A program made the position numbers and the translations under genes. 62,218 nt of DNA from a virus (Duplodnaviria; Caudoviricetes), in IMG/VR virus record IMGVR_UViG_3300031519_004580, positions 1 to 62,218 of that record; one strand, 5' to 3'. Positions 37,606 through 46,532 of the stretch are shown here, piece by piece. Position 1 is the first letter of the stretch; the number at the start of each line of letters is the position of its first letter. The notes under the pieces are model-generated. The model was not told where the DNA came from and did not search any database. It was given only the letters and a program-made list of their open reading frames with translations.

Positions 37606-38655
37606 ATGACAACTTTTATTGTAGACATCGAAGCAGTAGATACACGTTACACTAAGCAGTGGAAAGAGTATCTTCCTAACCAATTGCGTCATGCTACAAA
37701 TAATGCAGTTGTTGTTATCAGTGGAGGAGAAGTGCCTCAGGCAACTACGCCTGGGGCATTTCTCAACTTTGCAGGAACTAACAACTATAAATCTCAACAG
37801 ATGTTAGAGATTAGTAGGATGTTTGCTAATGGAGAAATTAAAAATGGAGATTATTTCCTATATACAGATGCGTGGAACCCAACTGTTATACAGATTAAAT
37901 ACATGGCTGAGCTCTTGGGGGTTGACATCCGAATCGGTGGTCTTTGGCATGCTGGTAGTTATGATCCTCATGATTTCCTTGGTAGGCTAATAGGTGATAA
38001 ACCTTGGGTAAGGCATGCAGAAATGTCAATGTATGAATGTTATGATGATAACTTTTATGCTACACAGTTTCATATAGACATGTTTACAGGAGTGTTTGCA
38101 TATGATAATGGATGGCTTGATAAGTCTTCAATGCGCCGAGTTGGTTGGCCTATGGAGTATTTACATAATAGTCTAGAGCAATATAAAGGTATGGAGAAAC
38201 GTGATTTAATACTGTTTCCACATAGAGTTGCTCCTGAAAAGCAAATTAAAATCTTTAGAGAATTAAAACACCAACTTCCGCAATACGAGTTCGTTGTTTG
38301 TCAAGAACAACAACTTACAAAGAATGAATATCATAACTTACTAGGCGAAGCTAAACTTGTGTTTAGTGCTAACCTACAAGAAACACTAGGTATTAGTTGG
38401 TATGAAGGTGCTCTTGTAGGAGCGTTACCTATGGTTCCTGATAGACTAAGCTATAGCGAAATGGCGTTAAAAGAATTTAAATATCCGAGTGATTGGTCAG
38501 AAGTTAATTCGTATAATCAAGAAATGTTAATTGCAAAGATTATTGACTATATGGAAAATTACCAAACATATTTGCCTGCTTTAATTAAGCAAATAGATCA
38601 TTTAAAGAAAAACTTTTTTAGCGGAGCAGAATTATATGATAAAATCAAAGGATAA
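37606..38655 (+). CDS. GT-B glycosyltransferase
   Basis: LFPHRVAPEKQ, QETLGISWYEG (ExxGxxxxE), VPDRLSYSEM. Confidence 0.8.
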   Translation: MTTFIVDIEAVDTRYTKQWKEYLPNQLRHATNNAVVVISGGEVPQATTPGAFLNFAGTNNYKSQQMLEISRMFANGEIKNGDYFLYTDAWNPTVIQIKYMAELLGVDIRIGGLWHAGSYDPHDFLGRLIGDKPWVRHAEMSMYECYDDNFYATQFHIDMFTGVFAYDNGWLDKSSMRRVGWPMEYLHNSLEQYKGMEKRDLILFPHRVAPEKQIKIFRELKHQLPQYEFVVCQEQQLTKNEYHNLLGEAKLVFSANLQETLGISWYEGALVGALPMVPDRLSYSEMALKEFKYPSDWSEVNSYNQEMLIAKIIDYMENYQTYLPALIKQIDHLKKNFFSGAELYDKIKG

Positions 38656-39004
38656 TGATAGCATAACTACTATCAATTTAAACAATCTGTATGAGCCAAA
38701 TACTATTACTATATCATCAAGTCCTTCTGATTGCGAGTATACTACTGATACCGGAAGCGAGTATACTTTTAATATTTCAGATACAGTGCCAGGAACAGTA
38801 GGTACTATTTCAACACCTACATTCACAACTAAAATTGACTTAGGTACTAAATTAAACTTTTTAGATGACGTTGAACGGATGTGTAAAGAATATCCAGCAT
38901 TAGAAAAAGTTTGGAGAAACTTTAAAAATGTATACGATATGTGTGAACAAGATTATAAAGGCAAAGTAAAGGCAGGAGAAATAACCAATGACACTTCTAT
39001 CTAA
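38636..39004 (+). CDS. Hypothetical protein
   Basis: Thr-rich N-half; MCKEYPALEKVWRNFK. Confidence 0.65.
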   Translation: MIKSKDNDSITTINLNNLYEPNTITISSSPSDCEYTTDTGSEYTFNISDTVPGTVGTISTPTFTTKIDLGTKLNFLDDVERMCKEYPALEKVWRNFKNVYDMCEQDYKGKVKAGEITNDTSI

Positions 39005-39434
39005 GTTTATGGACAAACTTGGCAGGCGTCGAGTAATTACAGAACGTGGTAGTGATGTGCCGTATCTAATTCGATATTACGTTTTTTTAAAAGATCGTAA
39101 ATGGTTCCCTTTTAATATTACCCTTCACAAAGTACTTGTTAGTGACGAACCTACACTTCATGATCATCCGTGGAGTTATGCTACATTTATTGTTGCTGGA
39201 GGCTATTGGGAACACACTCCTAAAGGTAAGTTTTGGAGGGGGCCAGGGCATGTTCGGTTAAGATCAGCAAAAGATTTGCATTGGTTAGAGTTAGCTAAAA
39301 CTAAAGAAGGATATGAAATTCCGTGTTGGAGTTTATTCTTTATGGGAAAGAAAGCAGGAAGTTGGGGTTTTCTTAAAAACGGAAAATGGATTCATAACGA
39401 AGTATATTTAGGTCGAGGTGCCAAAGATGAATAA
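38988..39434 (+). CDS. Cupin-like protein
   Basis: LHDHPW, GGYWEH, LHWLEL, WSLFFMG...WGF. Confidence 0.65.
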   Translation: MTLLSKFMDKLGRRRVITERGSDVPYLIRYYVFLKDRKWFPFNITLHKVLVSDEPTLHDHPWSYATFIVAGGYWEHTPKGKFWRGPGHVRLRSAKDLHWLELAKTKEGYEIPCWSLFFMGKKAGSWGFLKNGKWIHNEVYLGRGAKDE

Positions 39435-39588
39435 ACTTAATATGTTAGTTGTTATGTTATTAATGCTATCAGTTAGTGCTTGTTCAACTAGTGTAGCAAT
39501 AGTCGATGTAGCTGCTAGTTCAGTAATATATGCTGGGAAAACTATTGTAAATACTATTGATGTTGTAACACCGGATATAGTAAATTAA
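39427..39588 (+). CDS. Small lipoprotein (53 aa, not in ORF track)
   Basis: MNKLNMLVVMLLMLSVSAC lipobox; GAGGTG RBS. Confidence 0.65.
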   Translation: MNKLNMLVVMLLMLSVSACSTSVAIVDVAASSVIYAGKTIVNTIDVVTPDIVN

Positions 39589-39597
39589 GGAGATACT

Positions 39598-39816
39598 ATG
39601 CTTCATAAAATAAGCGAACTTTGTAAAAAAATTGATACAATAAAAGAGATGTCAGATAGGTTGTACAAAGAGAAATATGGATCTGTTCAATATAACAGAT
39701 CTACTGTTGATCATCTAATAGAACAGATCCAGGCATTAGCCGGAGACATATACAATGACAGAAACGTACATCCTAAAATAAAAGAACAACAATCAAAAGG
39801 TGAAGTGGATGATTAA
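39598..39816 (+). CDS. Hypothetical protein
   Basis: AAGGAG RBS, 72 aa. Confidence 0.65.
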   Translation: MLHKISELCKKIDTIKEMSDRLYKEKYGSVQYNRSTVDHLIEQIQALAGDIYNDRNVHPKIKEQQSKGEVDD

Positions 39817-40372
39817 GAAAAATTATTATAGCTGGAAAGATATAGAAAAAATGTGTGTAAGCATTGTTAATCAAATGTACACCGATAACTGGCGTCCTGA
39901 TTATATTGTAGGTATTACACGTGGCGGCAATGTGCCTGCTACTATTATTAGTAACATGCTAAGTATTCGTTGCGAAGCACTTAAAGTTAAGTTACGAGAC
40001 AATATTGCAGGTGAAGAAAACGAAAGTAACTTCTGGATGGCAGAAGATGCATTTGGATATTTAAGCGAAATAGATAGAAATACATATAAATCACGTTGGG
40101 ATATTGATAAACGTAAAAAAATCTTAGTTGTAGATGATATCAACGATACTGGTGCTACTTTCAATTGGATCAAGGAAGACTGGCAGGCTAGTTGTTTACC
40201 AAGTGAAGAATCATGGAAAACAGTTTGGGATAATAATGTTCGCTTTGCTACACTAACAGATAACTTAGCAAGTAATTCTGAGGTTCCAATTAGGTATACT
40301 TGTCATGAAATTAATAAAGCAGAAGAAGATGTATGGTTAGTATATCCCTGGGAAAATGTAGGAATTTATTAA
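39809..40372 (+). CDS. Purine phosphoribosyltransferase (XGPRT-like, type I PRTase)
   Basis: IVGITRGG, ILVVDDINDTGAT PRPP loop, WLVYPWE. Confidence 0.88.
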   Translation: MIKKNYYSWKDIEKMCVSIVNQMYTDNWRPDYIVGITRGGNVPATIISNMLSIRCEALKVKLRDNIAGEENESNFWMAEDAFGYLSEIDRNTYKSRWDIDKRKKILVVDDINDTGATFNWIKEDWQASCLPSEESWKTVWDNNVRFATLTDNLASNSEVPIRYTCHEINKAEEDVWLVYPWENVGIY

Positions 40373-40373
40373 T

Positions 40374-40562
40374 ATGTCTTTAAAAGATATGAAGAATTAC
40401 ATAGCAGCTTTAGAAAAAAGTGTTCGTGACGAAATAATTCAGTTAAAACAATTACAAGAAGTTAATACTAAGTTTTTAGATATGCAAAGTACTAAAGAAA
40501 GTATATTTAGAAAACAACGACAAATTGCAAAATTATCTCAGGAAATTAAAAATGCAAGATAA
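40374..40562 (+). CDS. Small coiled-coil protein
   Basis: 62-aa ORF. Confidence 0.5.
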   Translation: MSLKDMKNYIAALEKSVRDEIIQLKQLQEVNTKFLDMQSTKESIFRKQRQIAKLSQEIKNAR

Positions 40563-40956
40563 AGATTTATTACCGTGGAAAGAAATTTTAGTAGACACAA
40601 AACACTTTACGGTATACAAAGACGGTTTTCCAGTAACAGAAGGACATGTTCTTTTTGTACCAAAAAAAGAACACTGGAGTGACCTTACTAAATGTTTTGA
40701 GGCAGCATATAAATGGGGTTATGATTGGGTTGAACGTGGATATTGTGATGCGTTTAATATTGGGCAGAATGTAGGTGTTGAAGCAGGTCAAACTGTTATG
40801 TATCCACATGTACATTTAATTCCAAGACGGAAAGGGGACATGGTGGATCCCCGAGGTGGAGTACGACACGTAATTCCATCAAAAGGCAACTATCGAAATA
40901 ATATCGAATTTGAGTATGATAAGAATGTTGCACACCAAGCAAGGTTTGATTTTTAG
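40552..40956 (+). CDS. HIT-family nucleotide hydrolase
   Basis: DGFPVTEGHVLFVPK, AGQTVMYPHVHLIPR. Confidence 0.9.
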   Translation: MQDKDLLPWKEILVDTKHFTVYKDGFPVTEGHVLFVPKKEHWSDLTKCFEAAYKWGYDWVERGYCDAFNIGQNVGVEAGQTVMYPHVHLIPRRKGDMVDPRGGVRHVIPSKGNYRNNIEFEYDKNVAHQARFDF

Positions 40957-40966
40957 GAGGTTTATA

Positions 40967-41170
40967 ATGAGATCAACACTACTAGGAGCTGCAAGGAAAC
41001 ACGCAGAAGGAGAAATAGAACTCCACAAGGCAAATATAGAAGTATATATGCATAACCCTGCCGGCATCGGCGAACACAGTGATATTGTAGAAGCTGTTCA
41101 AAAAGAACTTGATAAATTAGCTACAGCAGACGATCGACTAGAAATGTTAAACAAATATTTTAATGGTTGA
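40967..41170 (+). CDS. Small phage protein
   Basis: AGGAGG RBS; NPAGIGEHSDIVEA. Confidence 0.7.
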   Translation: MRSTLLGAARKHAEGEIELHKANIEVYMHNPAGIGEHSDIVEAVQKELDKLATADDRLEMLNKYFNG

Positions 41171-41195
41171 CAAAAACCTAAATACAATGTATAAT
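41167..41195 (+). promoter_or_regulatory. sigma70-type promoter for folE-queE, with an embedded TAAATA
   Basis: TTGACA(41167-41172)-N17-TATAAT(41190-41195). Confidence 0.85.
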
Positions 41196-41256
41196 ATAAC
41201 TATTGTGCATTGTATTTTACTAACGGCAATCCACTGCCTAAACATCGGAGAAATTA

Positions 41257-41940
41257 ATGAATAAAGCACTACAGATTAAGACTAAATTAGAAGACGCAGG
41301 CATACGCTATTGGGCTGGTGATAACATCAGCGAAGTATTACAAGCGGGCGATAAAGAAGAACTTATTAATAACGCAACTACAGCATTTGAAGGTGTACTA
41401 GATGCACTACTAATTGATCGTATTAATGATCCTAACTCAGAGGGTACAGCACGGCGTCTTGCTAAAATGTACTTTACTGAAATTATGACAGGACGTTATG
41501 ATCCTGCTCCAAGTGCAACAGCATTTCCTAATGATAGCGATGAACGTTATGATGGCATGCTAGTAGTACGTTCAGAACTAAAAAGTATGTGTTCACATCA
41601 TCACCAGCCAGTAGCAGGTGTAGCATACATTGGTATTATTGCCGCAGACAAACTAATTGGTCTTAGTAAGTACACACGTATTGCACAGTGGTGTGCTAGA
41701 CGTGGAACACTACAAGAAGAACTTGCAAATGATATTGCACGTGAAATACAACTAGCAACTGACGCAGAACATCTAGGCGTATACATTCAAGCAACACACG
41801 GTTGTTGTGAGAACAGAGGCATTATGGCAACTAGTAGTCTTACACAAACAACTGTACTTAAAGGTAGTTTTAAAGACGATGCTGGTACAAAGAAAGAGTT
41901 CTTTGACAACATTAAACTACAACAGGAGTTTGCACGATGA
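41257..41940 (+). CDS. folE: GTP cyclohydrolase I
   Basis: TARRLAKMY, SMCSHH, GLSKYTR, QEEL, HGCCENRG. Confidence 0.95.
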   Translation: MNKALQIKTKLEDAGIRYWAGDNISEVLQAGDKEELINNATTAFEGVLDALLIDRINDPNSEGTARRLAKMYFTEIMTGRYDPAPSATAFPNDSDERYDGMLVVRSELKSMCSHHHQPVAGVAYIGIIAADKLIGLSKYTRIAQWCARRGTLQEELANDIAREIQLATDAEHLGVYIQATHGCCENRGIMATSSLTQTTVLKGSFKDDAGTKKEFFDNIKLQQEFAR

Positions 41941-42833
41941 AACTAAGATATTCAGAAGCGTTTTATAGTGTCCAAGGCGAAGGTAAGTTTGTAGGAGTAC
42001 CTAGTGTGTTCTTGCGTACCTTTGGTTGTAACTTTCGTTGCATGAACTTTGGTCTTGGTAAAAATGAACCTAGTCGTGCAGAGAAACATGCAAACGGTAT
42101 AAAGTATAATCAAGAAGTAAAAGACTTACTTGATGATGGGATTATTGCAAAGACTGAAAAGTTTAACGATTTGCCTATCATTCATACAGGATGCGATACG
42201 TATGCAAGTATCTATCCTGAATTTAAAGACTTTAACAAACTTGCAGAGATTGATCAAGTAGTAGAACATCTACTATCGCTTACCCCAGAAGGTAAATGGA
42301 CTATGAATAATGGTCAAGATATCCATCTTATTATGACAGGTGGTGAGCCGTTGTTAGCGTGGCAACGTCTTTACGTAGAGCTGTTCGAACATCCACGTAT
42401 GAGAGATTTAAAAAATGTTACATTTGAAACAAACACTACACAAGTATTACACGATGACCTCTACAACTATCTCAACAATAGTGACAGAATTACAGTCACA
42501 TGGAGTTGTAGCCCTAAACTTAGCGTTAGCGGAGAATCTTGGGAGGACGCTATTAAGCCTGACGTGGCTCTTAATTATTCCACTGTTGCTGGCAGTGACA
42601 TTTATCTTAAATTTGTTGTTGCTGATCGTGCAGATATTGAAGAAGCTGGTAGAGCTGTGCAAGCATACCGTAACGTCGGCGTTGAGTGTCCGGTATATTG
42701 TATGCCGCTTGGAGGACGCTCGGAAGAGTATGTCCTCAACGTTAAAGAAGTTGCAGAGGTTTGCATGGAAAAAGGATGGCGATTCACCCCTAGACTACAC
42801 ATCAGCTTATTCGGAAATGCCTGGGGAACTTGA
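41937..42833 (+). CDS. queE: 7-carboxy-7-deazaguanine synthase (radical SAM)
   Basis: FYSVQGEG..VG.PSVFLRTFGCNFRC...GCDT, TGGEP, FETN, SPKL, PRLH. Confidence 0.93.
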   Translation: MKLRYSEAFYSVQGEGKFVGVPSVFLRTFGCNFRCMNFGLGKNEPSRAEKHANGIKYNQEVKDLLDDGIIAKTEKFNDLPIIHTGCDTYASIYPEFKDFNKLAEIDQVVEHLLSLTPEGKWTMNNGQDIHLIMTGGEPLLAWQRLYVELFEHPRMRDLKNVTFETNTTQVLHDDLYNYLNNSDRITVTWSCSPKLSVSGESWEDAIKPDVALNYSTVAGSDIYLKFVVADRADIEEAGRAVQAYRNVGVECPVYCMPLGGRSEEYVLNVKEVAEVCMEKGWRFTPRLHISLFGNAWGT

Positions 42834-42933
42834 TGCATTACATGCAATTAAGCAAGAAACAAATGAAAAACTAGATAAAGCAATGAAAGCACCTATTGAC
42901 CCTACTGACAAAATACGAAAGGCAGGATATTAA
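42817..42933 (+). CDS. Possible 38-aa peptide
   Basis: MPGELDALH...IRKAGY*, TAATG-coupled to the next gene. Confidence 0.35.
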   Translation: MPGELDALHAIKQETNEKLDKAMKAPIDPTDKIRKAGY

Positions 42934-43322
42934 TGAATAAAGTAAAAGATTGGTTTAATAAAACAGTAGGTAAGAAGCCTACTACCCCTAAAAAAGAAAC
43001 ACATGAAGAAGTTCGAAGAAAAACTTTAGAACTTGAAAAGGTAGCTGCTACTAAAGCTAATAAACCTTGGGTATCAGTAATTGACACACAAATTAATCCT
43101 AAAGACATTAAGAACGGATTCTTTGAGCTCGATTGGAATAACGAGTTTATTGAACAACTTCTTGATGCAGGATATAGCGGTGAAACTAACGAACAAATTG
43201 TTGACGCATGGTTTAGAACTATTGTTATACAGATGCTTGAAGAAGAAGGAGAGCCAACTGATAGAGGCATGGGGCATATTAAAGTTGTTCCTATGGGCAA
43301 AGGTAAGTCGGAAGTTAGTTGA
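42933..43322 (+). CDS. Hypothetical protein
   Basis: KPWV...NGFFELDWN.EFI..L..AGY. Confidence 0.7.
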   Translation: MNKVKDWFNKTVGKKPTTPKKETHEEVRRKTLELEKVAATKANKPWVSVIDTQINPKDIKNGFFELDWNNEFIEQLLDAGYSGETNEQIVDAWFRTIVIQMLEEEGEPTDRGMGHIKVVPMGKGKSEVS

Positions 43323-43347
43323 CAACAGTTAAGTTTTATGTTATAAT
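43319..43347 (+). promoter_or_regulatory. sigma70-type promoter with extended -10
   Basis: TTGACA(43319-43324)-N17-TATAAT(43342-43347), TG at 43339-43340. Confidence 0.85.
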
Positions 43348-43376
43348 AATAGTATAATAATAGAAAAGGCATACTT

Positions 43377-44366
43377 ATGAGTACATACATATTAGTTGAT
43401 ACAGCAAATACTTTTTTTAGAGCAAGGCACGTAATACGAGGTGATCTTGATACTAAAGTTGGTATGGCGTTACATATAACACTTAATAGTGTTAAAAAAG
43501 CATGGAATGACTTTAAGGCTGATCATGTTGTGTTCTGCTTAGAAGGGCGTAGTTGGCGTAAGGATTATTATGAGCCTTACAAACGTAACAGGCAAGTAGC
43601 ACGTGATAAACTTACTGTAACTGAAAGTGAAGAAGATAAAGTGTTTTGGGAGATCTTTGACGAGTTTAAAGACTTTGTTACAACTAAGACTAACTGCACT
43701 GTTATGCAACACAAGCAACTAGAAGCAGATGATCTTATTGCAGGTTGGGTACAAGCACACCCTAACGATCATTGTGTTATTGTTAGTACAGATGGCGACT
43801 TTGCACAACTTATTGGTCCTAACTGTACACAGTACAACGGCGTTAGTAATACTATTATTACTCACGAAGGCTACTTTGATGATAAGAAACGTGAGCCTAT
43901 TATTGATAAGAAAACTAAAGAAGCAAAGCCTGCACCGCAACCTGACTTTATGTTGTTTGAAAAGTGTATGCGAGGCGACACAAGTGATAATGTGTTTAGT
44001 GCTTATCCTGGTGTACGTAAGAAAGGCACTAAGAATAAAGTTGGTCTTATTGAAGCATACGAAGACAAAGATACTAAAGGGTACAACTGGAATAACATGA
44101 TGCTACAACGTTGGGTAGATCATGAAGGTGTAGAACATCGTGTACTAGATGACTATCAACGTAATGTAGTACTATGTGACTTAACTGCACAACCAGGTGA
44201 TATTAGAAGTATTATTAATGATGTTATTGAAGAACATGCAAAGCCCAAAGACATTACACAAGTAGGCATGCGTCTTATGAAATTTTGTGCAAAGTGGGAT
44301 ATGCAACGAGTTGCTGATCAAGCTGTCCATTTTGCTGAACCACTTAACGCGAGGTACCCACTATGA
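43377..44366 (+). CDS. rnh: T4 RNase H-like 5'-3' exonuclease (FEN family)
   Basis: ILVD, SWRK..Y..YKRNR, LEADD, VSTDGDF.QL, GDTSDNV. Confidence 0.9.
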   Translation: MSTYILVDTANTFFRARHVIRGDLDTKVGMALHITLNSVKKAWNDFKADHVVFCLEGRSWRKDYYEPYKRNRQVARDKLTVTESEEDKVFWEIFDEFKDFVTTKTNCTVMQHKQLEADDLIAGWVQAHPNDHCVIVSTDGDFAQLIGPNCTQYNGVSNTIITHEGYFDDKKREPIIDKKTKEAKPAPQPDFMLFEKCMRGDTSDNVFSAYPGVRKKGTKNKVGLIEAYEDKDTKGYNWNNMMLQRWVDHEGVEHRVLDDYQRNVVLCDLTAQPGDIRSIINDVIEEHAKPKDITQVGMRLMKFCAKWDMQRVADQAVHFAEPLNARYPL

Positions 44367-44842
44367 CAATAAAAGCAAAAGAAGTTTTAAATGGAAAATT
44401 TTGGATCGTTGAAGATGAAGGAGTTAACGTTGGCACATTATCCTTTAGCGATGAAAAGTTTATGCTTAACGATACAAACGGTAAGTGTGTAATCTTTAAT
44501 AATGCAGATCAAGTATCAAATAGGTTTGGTAGTAAAATTCTTTGGTCTAAGCTAGACATTACTGAAACTTCTGGTAACAATGAAAAATTAGTGCATAATA
44601 TGCCAACTAGTTGTGTACCATACAATCCTATCTTTGATGTCAAACGTAAATTACCAATGTTTAGCAAATCAAATAAATCTAAAAGTTTATACTGTGCTGG
44701 ATATTTTATAATTCGCTTTGATAAAGGCTGGGTTAAAAGTTTTTGTCCTAAACTTATTACAATTGAACGCTATGACTTTAGAGGACCTTTTAAAACTGAA
44801 ATTGAAATGAGAACGGAGTTATCACGTGTCAACAGTCTCTGA
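44363..44842 (+). CDS. Hypothetical protein
   Basis: 159-aa ORF, ATGA coupled. Confidence 0.7.
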   Translation: MTIKAKEVLNGKFWIVEDEGVNVGTLSFSDEKFMLNDTNGKCVIFNNADQVSNRFGSKILWSKLDITETSGNNEKLVHNMPTSCVPYNPIFDVKRKLPMFSKSNKSKSLYCAGYFIIRFDKGWVKSFCPKLITIERYDFRGPFKTEIEMRTELSRVNSL

Positions 44843-45071
44843 TCCATTAAACACTACTGCTATTCAAAATTTTATCCAAATGGTAAAATCAGCAGAAGCT
44901 TCTAACGCAAAAGAAGTTCGTCTTCCAATCGCACAAGCAAAGAATCTTGCATTTACTCTTGGAATTACCATGGCTAGATTGCACGGCGACTTAGAAAAAT
45001 TTGTAAAAGAAAACAAAGCAAACGACGATCAAGTAATTGAGGTAAACATGGATGTAGGTGGCAAATGGTAA
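44826..45071 (+). CDS. Hypothetical protein
   Basis: GGAG RBS, GTG start, C-terminal MDVGGKW. Confidence 0.65.
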   Translation: MSTVSDPLNTTAIQNFIQMVKSAEASNAKEVRLPIAQAKNLAFTLGITMARLHGDLEKFVKENKANDDQVIEVNMDVGGKW

Positions 45072-45704
45072 ATGCAGGAGTTTAATCACCATTGTATTAT
45101 TGATGAAATAAGTTACAACAACCAAGAACTTATAGACTTGTTTAATCGTATTCCTAAAAAATGCGAACTTCCTTGGAATCAATATAAAAATGTAATTAAA
45201 GATGCTAATCCAAATCGAGTATATTCTTCGGGACGAAAGTTTCAAAGACGAGGAGAAGGTGGATTAAATGGAATATATACTCCGTTATGGGAGGGTAAAC
45301 ACATGACTGAATATCCTGAAATAAAAAAAATTACTAACCGTTTTAATTTTATAGACCCTATAATACCAGAAGATGTTACATTTATGACATATAATCCAGG
45401 ATTTACCTTTGCAAACCATACCGATAGATATTTAGAATATAATATTATGTTTCCACTTATTCCAAACGACGGGGGAGAACCTATTACATTCTATAAAGGT
45501 AAAGATAAAGATAGAGATGATCCTTTAGGTGTCGAATACACATATAGTTATAACACAACACATCCTACAGTATTCAACGGTAAAACAATACATAGTGTAG
45601 ATACAATAAAAGAGTATCGTGTAATGCTTAGAATTAAAGTAGCCTCTGAAAAATATGAAGATATGATTATAAGATATAAAGATGGAAAATTCATTAACAA
45701 TTAA
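45072..45704 (+). CDS. Fe(II)/2OG oxygenase-like protein
   Basis: PGFTFANHTD (HxD), FNGKTIHSV, RVMLRI. Confidence 0.55.
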   Translation: MQEFNHHCIIDEISYNNQELIDLFNRIPKKCELPWNQYKNVIKDANPNRVYSSGRKFQRRGEGGLNGIYTPLWEGKHMTEYPEIKKITNRFNFIDPIIPEDVTFMTYNPGFTFANHTDRYLEYNIMFPLIPNDGGEPITFYKGKDKDRDDPLGVEYTYSYNTTHPTVFNGKTIHSVDTIKEYRVMLRIKVASEKYEDMIIRYKDGKFINN

Positions 45705-45761
45705 CTACGTAGTTAATAGGAAAAAATAGATAAATATACATAGTAATTGAATAAGGATTAT

Positions 45762-46058
45762 ATGTATATGAGTAGACCAAAGCCAACTATATTATTAGAA
45801 AATATTGATAAGAAGACCTATAAAAGCGAACAGATTTTAGAAGCTGACGCTATATGGGCAGTATTTTATAATAAAAAGCCGTTTAATTTAAAAACACAAA
45901 ATATACTTACTAGCTACCCAGGGCCAAAATATAAAAAGGTTTCGTTTAGTAATCCTGGTCATGCTATCAATTTATGTAAGAAATTAAACGAATCATTCGA
46001 CTCTACTAGCTTTACAGTTGTAAAATTAGTTAATGGCGAAGAAGTTGCTAATTTATGA
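45762..46058 (+). CDS. Phage hypothetical protein
   Basis: MSRPKP...PKYKKVSFSNPGHA; GATAAATA at 45729-45736. Confidence 0.7.
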   Translation: MYMSRPKPTILLENIDKKTYKSEQILEADAIWAVFYNKKPFNLKTQNILTSYPGPKYKKVSFSNPGHAINLCKKLNESFDSTSFTVVKLVNGEEVANL

Positions 46059-46441
46059 ACTGGAAAGAAATCTATACTAAGATATTTTTAAAAGAATCCG
46101 GAAAGTCTGTTAACGAATCTACTATGCAAGAATTTATGCCTGTGTGGTGGCAAAATAATAGAAGTAAAGATAAAGGCGGACTACGACTTACTGATCAAGG
46201 AATAGAATTTATAATTAGTGAGGTTGATTTAACTACATATGATGTTCCTTTTCCAAAAGACTTTACAATGACTTCAAATACTTTAGTATGGTTAGATGAA
46301 TTTATTGATTGTCCTTATTGGATTGGTAGACACGGTATAACAGTTACGAACGAAAAGAAAGCATTAGAACTGCATCTTTTCTCAGGTGATGTTAAAAAAT
46401 ATGGAATAAACAAAGCTCTAAATAGACAAAATAAATCATAA
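46055..46441 (+). CDS. Hypothetical protein
   Basis: WWQN.R....GLRLT.QG; CPYW. Confidence 0.7.
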   Translation: MNWKEIYTKIFLKESGKSVNESTMQEFMPVWWQNNRSKDKGGLRLTDQGIEFIISEVDLTTYDVPFPKDFTMTSNTLVWLDEFIDCPYWIGRHGITVTNEKKALELHLFSGDVKKYGINKALNRQNKS

Positions 46442-46457
46442 AATCTATTAAAAAAGG

Positions 46458-46485
46458 TTGACTTTTTATCGTAAGGTGTTATACT
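46458..46485 (+). promoter_or_regulatory. sigma70-type promoter
   Basis: TTGACT-N16-TATACT with TG extension. Confidence 0.7.
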
Positions 46486-46532
46486 ATATGTATAGTTAGA
46501 AATAGGCACTGTAACTTAAAGAGGAATACAAA

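Noticed and set aside
42415-42933. 172-aa alternative-frame ORF overlapping queE
   Set aside because: Mostly a shadow of queE; only the last 38 codons are a plausible gene
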